The notes: generated from the sequence alone by a model not told the origin. A stretch of DNA of 64,000 bases from Spirochaetia bacterium (GCA_965208575.1 CBDBOV010000006.1:1536001-1600000), one strand, 5' to 3'. Counted from the first letter of the stretch, positions 30,172 through 39,449 are shown. Made by a program: numbers and translations.

Positions 30172-31523
30172 AGATCGCCAAGCCGGGAGGCGGTACGCCG
30201 ACCGAACGACTCCTTTCTAAACTGTGCGAGAGGACGTTCCTGAAGCTGTGGAGTTGGCCGAACCCGCGGAAGGACGATGGGAAGGAACTTTGCGATCTCC
30301 TCGCCCTGTTCGACGACCACGTATTCATCTTCTTCGACCGCGAGAACAAGGCGCTGCAGAACAAAGAGAAAGACATCGGCGTCACGTGGCCGCGATGGAA
30401 GAAGGATGCTATCGACAAACAGCTCAATACCGCCAAGGGCGCTGCCAGATACATCCGCGATAGACGTCCTATCTTCCTCGATACTGGGCGTGAGCAGTCG
30501 TTTCCCGGCGTGATGCCCGCGACGCCAACCATCCACAAGATCATCGTTGCTCACGGTGCCGCCGCGTTGTGCCAATCCCAAGCCACGAACATATCCGGAT
30601 CTCTCGCCATAATCTACACCAGTGACTCGGGAGTCGAGCAGCCATGTTGCATCAGATTGCGGAACGACGATCCCATACACGTGTTCGACAGCAGCAATCT
30701 TGAGATCATGCTGTCTGAGATTGACACGTTCCGTGACTTCGTTGGATTCATCGAGGAGAAAGAGCAGGCCACTCGACGGTACAACTGGTTCGGGTACTGT
30801 GGTGAGGAGGATCTGCTTGCCCACTACCTCGTGAACTACGACAAACATCGAAAACGTTATCGGATCGGCACGGATGACTCTACTATCAACCAGGTCATGA
30901 TCGAGGAAGGTTGCTGGGCAGACTTCGTGAAGAGTGGCCTGCAGCGGCGAAGACACGAAGCGAACCAACAGTCCTACTTCTGGGACAGGCTCATTCAGAG
31001 GACCTACCAGAACACGCTTGATGACGTCGCGACGGGAGACAGCATTTGGGACAGAAGCAATCCGTTAAATGAAATGGCACGCGAACCACGATTGTCACGC
31101 CGAGCTCTGGCAGATCACATGATCAAAGCCATACGAGAGTTCCCGCGAATCTACGGCCACCACGCGACCTACATGCCATCTATCGATGTCGGCAAAGCGT
31201 ACGTGTTCTTGCAGGTCAGGCTCCCCGAAGAGGCTACCACACGTGCCGTACGTGCCCGGCGGCACATGTTAACGATCGCGTGCGGTGTCGCGCGGAACCG
31301 GTTCCCTCATCTAAAAACTGTGGTCGGCATCGCGATGTACGCACCAATGCATGCCAATTGCGATGGCGAGGACTTCGTTCTGCTGGACTGCGAACGATGG
31401 TCGGATGAACAACGCTTATACTTCGATCGTGAGAACGAGCGGTTAGGATTCTTCAAGAACCCCAGGAAGATTGAACGGACGATCTCCGACTTCGCTTTTC
31501 CTAACCAGGAGGGTCACCTGTGA
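30168..31523 (+). CDS. Hypothetical protein with NERD/PD-(D/E)xK-like N-terminus
   Basis: 'GKELCDLLALFDDHVFIFFDR...W.RW.K.AI.KQL..A.RYI'; GTGA-coupled to Res. Confidence 0.6.
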   Translation: MKIAKPGGGTPTERLLSKLCERTFLKLWSWPNPRKDDGKELCDLLALFDDHVFIFFDRENKALQNKEKDIGVTWPRWKKDAIDKQLNTAKGAARYIRDRRPIFLDTGREQSFPGVMPATPTIHKIIVAHGAAALCQSQATNISGSLAIIYTSDSGVEQPCCIRLRNDDPIHVFDSSNLEIMLSEIDTFRDFVGFIEEKEQATRRYNWFGYCGEEDLLAHYLVNYDKHRKRYRIGTDDSTINQVMIEEGCWADFVKSGLQRRRHEANQQSYFWDRLIQRTYQNTLDDVATGDSIWDRSNPLNEMAREPRLSRRALADHMIKAIREFPRIYGHHATYMPSIDVGKAYVFLQVRLPEEATTRAVRARRHMLTIACGVARNRFPHLKTVVGIAMYAPMHANCDGEDFVLLDCERWSDEQRLYFDRENERLGFFKNPRKIERTISDFAFPNQEGHL

Positions 31524-31755
31524 GCGACTCGGCCGTCGACGTTCCAGGAGATACACGTTGCGGTCGCCGTCGAAATCGGACGCTCTCGAGGGCGAGTACG
31601 AGCAACTGGTCGATGATGGACCACCCGCCGAAACCAGGAATTCTGCTGCTGCCACAACTGGACAATCCGAGCCGTGATCTTCCATCGAGTTGGCCGACTC
31701 GGTTTCGTATGGCTGCTGTTGCGTTCCTCATGAACAGGTAGGCGGCGGTCATTAG

Positions 31756-32218
31756 ATGCTACGCCCGGGTGCAGTGGCAGATGCAGAGACTTGGGGAAAG
31801 TCACTGTCTAAGTACCGATACCCGGTTGATCTGAGAGAGTTCCACAGCGATACGGAACACCGGGGCTGGTTCGAACTGAATTTCAGTTCCGGGGATCCGA
31901 GTCAGACGACGGATTTCGAGGCTCGATTCAGAAGGCCGGCTCCCTATCACTTGGAGGCATGGGCGGAGGTGACCTTCTGGAAGCTCTACTCTCGCAGAGG
32001 AATCGCGGAGACGATTGCTTTGAAGGTGCTCCGTTCAGGAGTCTCTCCTCGTACTCTTTGGTGGTCTTGCAACGATTACATAGAGAACCCTTCTAGAGAA
32101 TCGTTCAGGAAATTCCGGGGTTTGCTATTCGACACGCCGTCGGTGGCCACGGCAGCCACGTTTCCCGCGTTTGTCTGTGCGGAGAGATTCCCGATGGTGG
32201 ACACCCAGGTAACGAAGA
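31756..32218 (+). pseudogene. Truncated helical protein, HhH DNA-glycosylase-like
   Basis: 'AEVTFWKLYS' and 'SVATAATFPAFV...FPMVDTQV'; the sequence switches to an opposite-strand remnant at ~32218. Confidence 0.4.
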
Positions 32219-32616
32219 ACACCTGCTGGTCGATGATGATGTGCTCTCGGATGAGCGCTCGCCTGACCTTGCCCGACAGCCTTTCATGCAGCTCCTGGGG
32301 GGGCATCCGCGGAGCCGGAAAGAGCTGAACCGATAGCCGGGGTCCGCGTCCGGTTCTCACGCTTCGATCGGCACCCGAGAGACGTCGAAGAGCCGGGTCG
32401 CGAAGTGAAACGTGTGGATTCTATCGGCGGCGTCAGCGGGCTGAATGGGATCGAAACTCGGGGTGACGGAAGTCGATGCCGGCGCGCACTGCCACTTCCT
32501 CGTTGTAGCAGGCGTTGCAGAGCAATCGCGGTGTCCCGTTGCCGAATCGCGGTCTCGAACGGATGCTGGACCTTTCGCCGTAGTTCTTGCAGCGCTCGGT
32601 TTGAAGCACGCTCCAT
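32219..32616 (-). pseudogene. Decayed hypothetical gene (frameshifts and an internal stop)
   Basis: Protein-like pieces in different frames: 'LLCNACYNEEVAVRAGIDFRHPEF', 'DPIQPADAADRIHTFHFATRLF...IEA*', 'ELHERLSGKVRRALIREHI'. Confidence 0.55.
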
Positions 32617-32671
32617 TCTTCCTTGATTCAGCGAGCTCGCGGTGGCCACCGTAACAAGGGTCACGCGCGGA

Positions 32672-33418
32672 TCATGGCGGAGCCTTTCGGAACCAAGCTC
32701 GCCGTGCGGGGACCTGGACGATGTGGGCCTTTTCCAGGAGGTAGGCGGTGAGGTGGCCGCCGAAGACGCAGGCACTGTCGAGGCCGACGAGGTAGGGGCG
32801 GGCGTCGGGGGCGGCGCCGGGTGGGCGTTTGATCACCAGGCCGCCGGGGGCGTCGTGGCCGAAGATGATCGGCTTGCCGCCGGGGGCGATGTGGTCGTGC
32901 CAGCGCGGGCCTTCGATGCCGCCCGTGGGCGGCCAGGTGCGGATGTAGACCAGTTCGTCGGGGGTGCTGCCGGCGAGCCCGGTGTCCGGGTTGATGCCGG
33001 CGTGCACGAGCAGGAAGCGCGGCTCGTCGATGGCCAGCGGCAGGCCCTCCAGCCACGGCAGCAGCTCGGCGGCGTGCGGCACCAGGTCCTGCAGCCGGTC
33101 GTCGCGGGTCTGTTTCAGCGCATCCGGGGGGCCGCCGGCGGCGATGGCCCGCAGTTGCGGCAGCAGCCAGGTCTCGTGGTTGCCGAGCACCATCTCGGGG
33201 CGGGTGGCCCGGATCAGCCGCCACACGCCGAGCGGGTCGGGGCCGCGGGTGAAGGCGTCGCCGGTGAGCAGCAGGCGGTCGCGGCCGGGCGCGAACTCGA
33301 CCGCGTTCAGCAGGGCCTCGAATTCGGCACAGCAACCATGGATGTCGCCGACGAAGATGGTGCGGCCGGGGCTATCGCCAGTGGCGGCGGGGTGGTCGGG
33401 CGACGCTTGTGAGGCCAT
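32672..33418 (-). CDS. Metallophosphoesterase (ApaH/PPP-like)
   Basis: GDIHG, 'GDAFTRG', GNHE, 'VHAG', 'FGH', 'LDSAC'. Confidence 0.9.
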   Translation of the reverse strand: MASQASPDHPAATGDSPGRTIFVGDIHGCCAEFEALLNAVEFAPGRDRLLLTGDAFTRGPDPLGVWRLIRATRPEMVLGNHETWLLPQLRAIAAGGPPDALKQTRDDRLQDLVPHAAELLPWLEGLPLAIDEPRFLLVHAGINPDTGLAGSTPDELVYIRTWPPTGGIEGPRWHDHIAPGGKPIIFGHDAPGGLVIKRPPGAAPDARPYLVGLDSACVFGGHLTAYLLEKAHIVQVPARRAWFRKAPP

Positions 33419-33437
33419 CGAACGGCTGCGGGAAGCG

Positions 33438-33537
33438 TTACCGGCTGCCGGCGGCGGCTCGGGCGAGGATGAAGGCGCGCACGGCCGGGAAGCTGGGCGC
33501 CAGCGGGGTGGCCTGCTTGGGGCGGTCGAGCAACTCG
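33438..33537 (-). repeat. Displaced copy of the thrC 3' end, with TAA stop
   Basis: About 90-bp imperfect direct repeat of 33967-34056 (offset 520 bp). Confidence 0.9.
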
Positions 33538-33595
33538 TGGAACCCCACAGCCGCGGTCACAACGCCACGGTGCGGCGCCGACGGCATCGCGAACG

Positions 33596-33889
33596 TCAAG
33601 CTACTCTTCGCGTGACGGTGAGCCGGACGCCGAGGGCGCCAAGAACCCTCATGACGGTGCCGATGCGCGGATCGCGTTCGCCAGACAGAGCTTTGTACAA
33701 GCTTGGTCGACCCAACTGAGTTTCTCGTGAAACATGGGTCATGCCCATGGCGCGGGCGACGTTACCGAGAGCCCGTACGAACAACTCCGGGTCGTTCTCT
33801 TCAAGCGCCGCTCTCAGATATTCGATTCTTACCTCATCGTCGTCGAGGATTTCGGCACTGTCCCAGGGTGTATACGTCTCTTTGCTCAT
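33596..33889 (-). CDS. Addiction-module antidote protein (HI1420-like HTH antitoxin)
   Basis: 'WDSAEIL', 'ALGNVARAMGM', 'SLYKALSGERDP'; GGAGG RBS. Confidence 0.9.
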   Translation of the reverse strand: MSKETYTPWDSAEILDDDEVRIEYLRAALEENDPELFVRALGNVARAMGMTHVSRETQLGRPSLYKALSGERDPRIGTVMRVLGALGVRLTVTRRVA

Positions 33890-33900
33890 TACGGCCTCCT

Positions 33901-35598
33901 TCAGAGTTCGCTCGCCATCTGCTGCGCGCGCTCTATGTCTTGTGACTGAGTCGACTTGTCGCCGGCGCCGGCGGCGGTTTGGGCGAGGATGAAGGCGCGC
34001 AGCGCCGGGAAGCTGGGCGCCAGGGGGGTGGCCTGCTTGGGGCGGTCGAGCAGCTCCCGCAGGGGGGCCGGGATGGGCGGGGTGACGCCGGTGGCGCGCT
34101 GCACGGTCTCCGGGAACTTGCCGGGGTCGGCGGTGGCCGCCACCACGATCGGCGCGCGCCCGCAGCCGAAGGCGGCTCCCTGGTCGCGCAGGCGGCGGGC
34201 GGCCGCAACCCCTACCGCGGTGTGCGGCTCGATCAGGCGGCCGTATCGCTCGTGGACCTGGCGCATGGTGGCGAGGGTTTCCTCCTCGCCGATGGCACAG
34301 CCCTTGAGGTGGGTGCTGACGGCGGCGTGGTCGTGGTTCCAGCGCGCCAGGATGCGCTCGAAGTTGGACGGGTTGCCCACGTCCATGGCGTTGGACAGGG
34401 TGGCGACACTGGCACGCGGCAGGAGGGCGCCCGATTCGAGGTAGCCGGGCACCACGTCGTTGCGGTTGGTGGCGGCCCAGAAGCCGGCCACCGGCAGGCC
34501 CCATTGGGCAGCGTACACGGCGGCGGTGAGGTTGCCGAAGTTGCCGCTCGGCACGCAGATCAGCGGCGGGCCGGCGGCGCGCAGGCGCAGGCCGGCGAAG
34601 ATGTAATAGTACGCCTGCGGCAGCAGGCGCCCGAGGCTGATCGAATTGGCCGGGCACAGGCGCGCGGCGGACACCAGCTCGCGGTCGACCAATGCCTGCT
34701 TTACCAGCCGCTGGCAGTCGTCGAACGAGCCGGCAATCTCGACGGCGTGGATGTTGTCGCCGAGCGCGGTGAGCTGCTGCTCCTGCAGGCGGCTGATGCG
34801 CCCGGACGGGTACAGCAGCACCACCTCGATGCCGGCGCGGCGCCAGAACGCGCGCGCCACGGCGCCGCCGGTGTCGCCGGAGGTGGCGACCAGTACCACC
34901 ACCGGGCCGCCGCCCTTCTCGGCGGCGAGCCGCCGCTCCAGAACGGTGGCCAGGAAGGCGGCGCCGAAATCCTTGAACGCGCAGGTGGGGCCGTGATAAA
35001 GCTCCAGCAGCGCCAACTCGTCGCCGAGCCAACTCAGCGCCGGAGAAAACGGATACGACGCGGCGGCCACCGCGCGCGCCGCGGCTTGCCCGCCGGTGCC
35101 GATACCGGCAACGCTGGACGAGGCTTCCGGATCCCCTCGCGCGCCGGCGCCTTCCTCCCCGGCGACCTTCGCACCCGAGGCGCCGCCTGCACCTGCGGCA
35201 TCGGTTGCACCGGTGACGCATGCCGCAACGACACCAGCCCTCCGGCTCGCCGCGGCTGCTACCTCGCCCGCATCAGTATGGGTCGCACTCACCGCGTCTG
35301 CACCGCCTCCCACGCCTGCTGAGGTCTCTCCCCGGTTCGGGCCTTCGCCGCCGGCCGCGCCGGCCGCCGCCGCGCTCGCGAAAGCGCCGGTAGCCAGATC
35401 GTCGGCCAACAGTGCCTCGGTCAATGCGGCCGCGAGATCGACGTACGGCGTGTCATCGGGCAGACCGGCGATCACGTCGGCCAGGTCGGGAGGCGGGCAC
35501 GGCTGGTAGAGACCACCACCGGGGGGTATCCCGGCCAGCAGCGAGTCGTTGAACGAGAGCCGGATGGCAGCGTCGCGCGTGGAGCAGACGGTCAGCAT
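33901..35598 (-). CDS. thrC: Threonine synthase with an internal Ala/Gly-rich insertion and a foreign C-terminal tail
   Basis: 'LELYHGPTCAFKDFG', 'ATSGDTG', 'VPSGNFGNL', 'EPHTAVG', 'TADPGKF'. Confidence 0.93.
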   Translation of the reverse strand: MLTVCSTRDAAIRLSFNDSLLAGIPPGGGLYQPCPPPDLADVIAGLPDDTPYVDLAAALTEALLADDLATGAFASAAAAGAAGGEGPNRGETSAGVGGGADAVSATHTDAGEVAAAASRRAGVVAACVTGATDAAGAGGASGAKVAGEEGAGARGDPEASSSVAGIGTGGQAAARAVAAASYPFSPALSWLGDELALLELYHGPTCAFKDFGAAFLATVLERRLAAEKGGGPVVVLVATSGDTGGAVARAFWRRAGIEVVLLYPSGRISRLQEQQLTALGDNIHAVEIAGSFDDCQRLVKQALVDRELVSAARLCPANSISLGRLLPQAYYYIFAGLRLRAAGPPLICVPSGNFGNLTAAVYAAQWGLPVAGFWAATNRNDVVPGYLESGALLPRASVATLSNAMDVGNPSNFERILARWNHDHAAVSTHLKGCAIGEEETLATMRQVHERYGRLIEPHTAVGVAAARRLRDQGAAFGCGRAPIVVAATADPGKFPETVQRATGVTPPIPAPLRELLDRPKQATPLAPSFPALRAFILAQTAAGAGDKSTQSQDIERAQQMASEL

Positions 35599-36536
35599 TC
35601 TGAAACTACCTTCGGGCCGGCGCGGCTGATTTCGGACACGTAGGCGGCGGCGGTGAGCCCGGCGTCCGCGAATGCCCGCCGCATCGTCTCGGCGACCGCC
35701 CGCGCCCGCGCCAGCGAGGCGGCCAGCGCGAAGACCGCCGGGCCGGCGCCGGAGATGGAGCAGCCGATGGCGCCGGCCTGCAGCGCCGCCTCCTTGACGG
35801 CGGCAAAGCCGGGGATCAGTACGGCGCGCACCGGCTCGGCGACCAGGTCGTGGAGCGAGCGGCCCATCAGGGCCAGGTCGCCGGCGTACAGCGACGCCAC
35901 CAGGGCGGCCAGGTTGCCCCACTGCGAGACGGCGTCGGCGAGCGGGATCCGCTTGCGCAGGATGCGGCGCGCCGCCTCGGTGGGGATCTCCACGTCGGGG
36001 CTGAGCAGGGCCACCGCCAGCCCGTCCGGCACCGGCAGCCGCACCAGATCGAGCGGCGCGGTGCTGCGGATCAGCACGAAGCCGCCCAGCAAGGCGGGCG
36101 CCGCGTTGTCGGCGTGGCCGGCGCCGGCGGCCACGCGCTCGGCGGCCAGTGCGCACGGCAGCAGTTCCTCGGCAGCCAGCGGATCTCCGGCCAGCCGGTT
36201 GACCGCGAGCAGGGCGGCGGCGGCGCTCGCCGCCGAGCTGCCGAGCCCGGAGGCCAGCGGCATGCCCTTGTGCAGGACCAGGTCCACCCCGAACGGCTCA
36301 CCGAGCCGCTCCAGCAGCCTGCCGGCCGCCACCACCGACGTGTTGCTGGTGTCGCGCGGCAGGCGGCCGCCGTCGCCGGTCACCTCCAGCAGGGCGACGC
36401 CGGCGCCCTCGCGCCGGTGCGCCTCCACGGTGTCGCCGGGACGTTCCACGGCGAAGCCGAGCACGTCGAACCCGGAGCCGACGTTGGCCACCGTGGCCGG
36501 GGCAAAGGCGGTCACGCGCCGCGGCAGGGCGGTCAT
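35592..36536 (-). CDS. thrB: Homoserine kinase
   Basis: 'PATVANVGSGFDVLG', GHMP motif 'PLASGLGSSAAS', 'HADN', 'ISGAGP'. Confidence 0.95.
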   Translation of the reverse strand: MTALPRRVTAFAPATVANVGSGFDVLGFAVERPGDTVEAHRREGAGVALLEVTGDGGRLPRDTSNTSVVAAGRLLERLGEPFGVDLVLHKGMPLASGLGSSAASAAAALLAVNRLAGDPLAAEELLPCALAAERVAAGAGHADNAAPALLGGFVLIRSTAPLDLVRLPVPDGLAVALLSPDVEIPTEAARRILRKRIPLADAVSQWGNLAALVASLYAGDLALMGRSLHDLVAEPVRAVLIPGFAAVKEAALQAGAIGCSISGAGPAVFALAASLARARAVAETMRRAFADAGLTAAAYVSEISRAGPKVVSEC

Positions 36537-36595
36537 CCGGCATCCTGCGGTGGAACCCGCCGTCGCTCCGGGAGTGGCGGAGCGCCCGGTTGGCA

Positions 36596-36760
36596 AGCGC
36601 CCCGAAACCGCCGGCTGCGGCGCCGCTCCGGGCGCAACCGAACTTGCTTGGGAGCCGGTCGCGAATCCGCCAAGCTCCCAGCGCCCCGAAGCCGCCGCCG
36701 ATCGGCGCCGCTGTTGGTCGATGCCGTCCGGTCGCTCAGGAGGCTGTCGCAATCCGGCAG
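36596..36760. repeat. Two copies (one partial) of a dispersed intergenic repeat
   Basis: agcgccccgaa(a/g)ccgccg...cggcgccgct at 36596 and 36680; the second continues to aggaggctgtcgcaatccg and matches 54528-54606. Confidence 0.65.
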
Positions 36761-36868
36761 CGTCCTGGGCGCGACGAACGAGCATGCCGGGCATGGGTGA
36801 GCGGGGGGCAACGCGGCCAGCCGGGATGCATCGGCACCCAAGTGCGGGCGGAGTCTCACCACGGGCGG

Positions 36869-38251
36869 CTAGTCCAGGAACGCGCGGTGGATTACCTGCA
36901 GCGCGTTGCGTTCATCGGCGGCGGTCACGACCAGGGAAATATTGCGCTCCGACGATCCCTGGGCAATGGCGAGCACGTTGATGCCGGCGCCGCCGAGGGC
37001 CGCGAACAGCTTGCCGGCGATGCCGGGCGTGCCGCGCATGTTCTCGCCGATGATGGCGACGATGGCCAGGCCGCGGCGCAGGTCGATGGTGTCGATGCGC
37101 CTGGTCTCCAGCTCCAGCGCCAACTCGGCCTGCAACGCGGCCAGCGCGCCGTCCGCCTCGTCCGCGTCCAGCACCAGGCAGATGCTGTGCTCGGACGATG
37201 CCTGAGAGATCATCATCACGTTGACCGACGCCCCGGCGAGTGCGCCGAGCACGCGCGCCGCCATGCCGCGCGCGCCGATCATGCCGCCGCCCTCCACGTT
37301 GATCAGCGCGATCGAGTCCACCGACGCGATGCCGGTGATCGCCCGCCCGCGGTCGCTCGGCTGCTCGGAAATGCGGCTGCCGGGCTGGTCGGGGCGCAGG
37401 GTGTTCTTGATGAGGATCGGAATTGCCTGCTCCACCACCGGCACCATGGTGTAGGGATGGATCACGCGGGCGCCGAAGTAGGACATTTCCATCGCTTCCT
37501 GGTAGCTGAGCTGGGCGATCACGAACGCCTCGGGGACATGGCGCGGGTCGGCGCTCAGCACACCGTCGACGTCGGTCCAGATCTCCAGCTCTCCGGCGCC
37601 CAGGGCCGCGGCGAGCAGCGACGCCGTGTAGTCGGAGCCGTCCCGCCCGAGCGTGGTGGTAACGCCGTCGGCGGTGGCGCCGATGAAGCCGGGCACCACG
37701 CAGGCGACCCGCGCCAGCGGCTGCAGGGCGGCGCGCACGCGCCGGTAGGTGGCCTCGAACTGCACCGTGGCGTTGCCGTGTGCGGCGTCGGTGAGGACCA
37801 GGTCGCGGGCATCCAGGAGGCGGGTTTCCAGGCCGAGGTCGGCCAGCAGCCGGCTGGCCACCGTGGTGCTGAGCCGCTCGCCGAAGCTCATCACCAGGTC
37901 CAGGGTGCGCGGCGAGCACTCGCGCAGCAGGCTGACGCCGTGCAGCACCTCGTCCAGCTCAGCGAGCAGCAGTTGCAACTCGGTCAGGATGGCCGCCTGG
38001 CCGCGCGGCGGGCACAAGTCGCGCACCACCGCCACGTGGCGCGCGCGGATGCCCTCCACCCGCTCGCGCACGTCGGCGCCGCCGGCGGCTTCGCGTGCGG
38101 CCGCGATCAGCACGTCGGTGGTGCCGCCCATCGCCGAGCACACCATCACCCCGCCGTCCGCCAACCGGGTACGGGCAACCTGCATCGCCTGCTGCAGCCG
38201 TTCGCTGTCCGCCAGGGAACTGCCGCCGAATTTCACGACTATCCCGCTCAC
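36869..38251 (-). CDS. Aspartate kinase with two ACT domains (ThrA N-terminal-like, no homoserine dehydrogenase domain)
   Basis: KFGGSS, 'TLGRDGSDY', 'IWTDVDG', 'ISQASSEHSI', 'IAQGSSERNIS'. Confidence 0.93.
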   Translation of the reverse strand: MSGIVVKFGGSSLADSERLQQAMQVARTRLADGGVMVCSAMGGTTDVLIAAAREAAGGADVRERVEGIRARHVAVVRDLCPPRGQAAILTELQLLLAELDEVLHGVSLLRECSPRTLDLVMSFGERLSTTVASRLLADLGLETRLLDARDLVLTDAAHGNATVQFEATYRRVRAALQPLARVACVVPGFIGATADGVTTTLGRDGSDYTASLLAAALGAGELEIWTDVDGVLSADPRHVPEAFVIAQLSYQEAMEMSYFGARVIHPYTMVPVVEQAIPILIKNTLRPDQPGSRISEQPSDRGRAITGIASVDSIALINVEGGGMIGARGMAARVLGALAGASVNVMMISQASSEHSICLVLDADEADGALAALQAELALELETRRIDTIDLRRGLAIVAIIGENMRGTPGIAGKLFAALGGAGINVLAIAQGSSERNISLVVTAADERNALQVIHRAFLD

Positions 38252-38261
38252 CGTATCGCGC

Positions 38262-38879
38262 TCAATGGTTCCGTTGGCCGGCAAAGTACTCAAAAGCAAG
38301 CAGGAACGTCTCGCTCGACTCGCCGCGCGACGCCGCCGGCTTGGCGGTGCGCACGCGTGCGAAGCAGCGCCGGGCATGCGCCAGGAGGTCGGGCAACTCC
38401 TCCCCCTGCAGTACCTTGGCGACCAGGTTGCCGCTCTCCCGCAGGTGGCCGCGAGCCAGGCCGAGCACCGCCTCCACCAGTTCCGCGGAGCGCGCCGCGT
38501 CCACCGCGTGATTGCCGCACGTGTCCGGCGCCGCGTCGCTCAGGATCAGGTGGAAGCGCTGTCCGCGCAGTGCGCCGCGCAACTGCTCGCCGGCGAGGTC
38601 CGCCTGCAGCCAGCGCAGCCGCGCATCGGCAGCGCCGAGCGCCGCCGGCCGCGGCACCAGGTCGACCGCCGTCACCGAACCGGCGGCGCCGACCCGGTCG
38701 CCCGCGTACAGCGTCCAACTGCCCGGCGCGGCGCCCAGGTCGAGCACGTCCATGCCGCCGCGCAGCAGCCGGTGGCGCCGGTCCAGCTCCCGGAGCTTCC
38801 ACACCGACCGCGCCGGAAACCCGCTCGCCCGCGCCTGCCTGCTGTAATGGTCGGCACTCCGCCGCCGCGACCTACCCAT
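38262..38879 (-). CDS. rlmE: 23S rRNA 2'-O-methyltransferase RlmE/FtsJ
   Basis: 'ARSVWKL', 'DLGAAPGSW', 'LSDAAP', 'KPAASRGESSE'. Confidence 0.92.
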   Translation of the reverse strand: MGRSRRRSADHYSRQARASGFPARSVWKLRELDRRHRLLRGGMDVLDLGAAPGSWTLYAGDRVGAAGSVTAVDLVPRPAALGAADARLRWLQADLAGEQLRGALRGQRFHLILSDAAPDTCGNHAVDAARSAELVEAVLGLARGHLRESGNLVAKVLQGEELPDLLAHARRCFARVRTAKPAASRGESSETFLLAFEYFAGQRNH

Positions 38880-39317
38880 AGACGCCAGTGTACCCCGATG
38901 CGCGATCGGCATTCACTTGCTTGCAGGTGGCGCGGCTGGGTTCATTGATTAACCACACTTCGAAGGATTTGGTTGTGTTGTGAGGATCAGGTGGACCAGT
39001 TTGGACCAGGCAGCGCCACCCTATTGCCTCACGTAAAAATCTAACCTTACGGTGAGCGTGCCTCACGTAAGAATCTAACCGAAAGGGAGGCGGAGAACGA
39101 GGGGGGAGCGCGAGGGGGGAGACTCATAAATTGTGGATAAGTGGATAGGCTGCTGGGCGACCGGCCGGGTTGATTCAAGCACACCAACGCGACCGGGGGC
39201 GTATCTGGTTGGTCGGCGCGGATGAGGAGGCGTCAACGGCAGGGAGGTGGTCGGTGCCGTGTCGTGTCGCTGACCGAAGAGGGGGCGGACGGGTCTGGAG
39301 GCGACTTCGGTGCTGGT

Positions 39318-39449
39318 GACACGGGGATGTCCAGACACCACCTCGTGTCGCGGAGAGGCCTTACAGCGCGGCTGAGGCGACATTTCTTGACGCCGACCGT
39401 CTGGCTCACGGATATACGGGCGTCAGAGACGCTCAGAAGTCATTTGCCG
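39318..39449. repeat. Direct repeat of 41290-41424 (3' end of the rve transposase gene and downstream sequence)
   Basis: gacacgggg..tccagacaccacctcgtgtcg.ggag.ggccttacagcgcggctgaggcgac is nearly identical over ~70 bp, with weaker similarity through gtcatttgccg. Confidence 0.85.

Noticed and set aside
31520-31741. 73-aa ORF coupled by GTGA to the NERD-like gene
   Set aside because: No recognisable motif and competing frames; it may be a remnant but cannot be supported as a gene.
35085-35395. Intein or intron in thrC
   Set aside because: No C/S...HN splice termini, no homing endonuclease, and low-complexity composition.
39025-39080. Two 22-bp direct repeats resembling a mini-CRISPR or iteron set
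   Set aside because: There are only two units with a 12-bp spacer, and they are mirrored in inverted form at 42754-42808, so they are IS ends. No cas or rep gene is present.
39132-39140. Perfect DnaA box (TTATCCACA on the minus strand) a few kb from a ParA gene
   Set aside because: A single box inside IS-derived sequence with no box cluster or dnaA context is not an origin.
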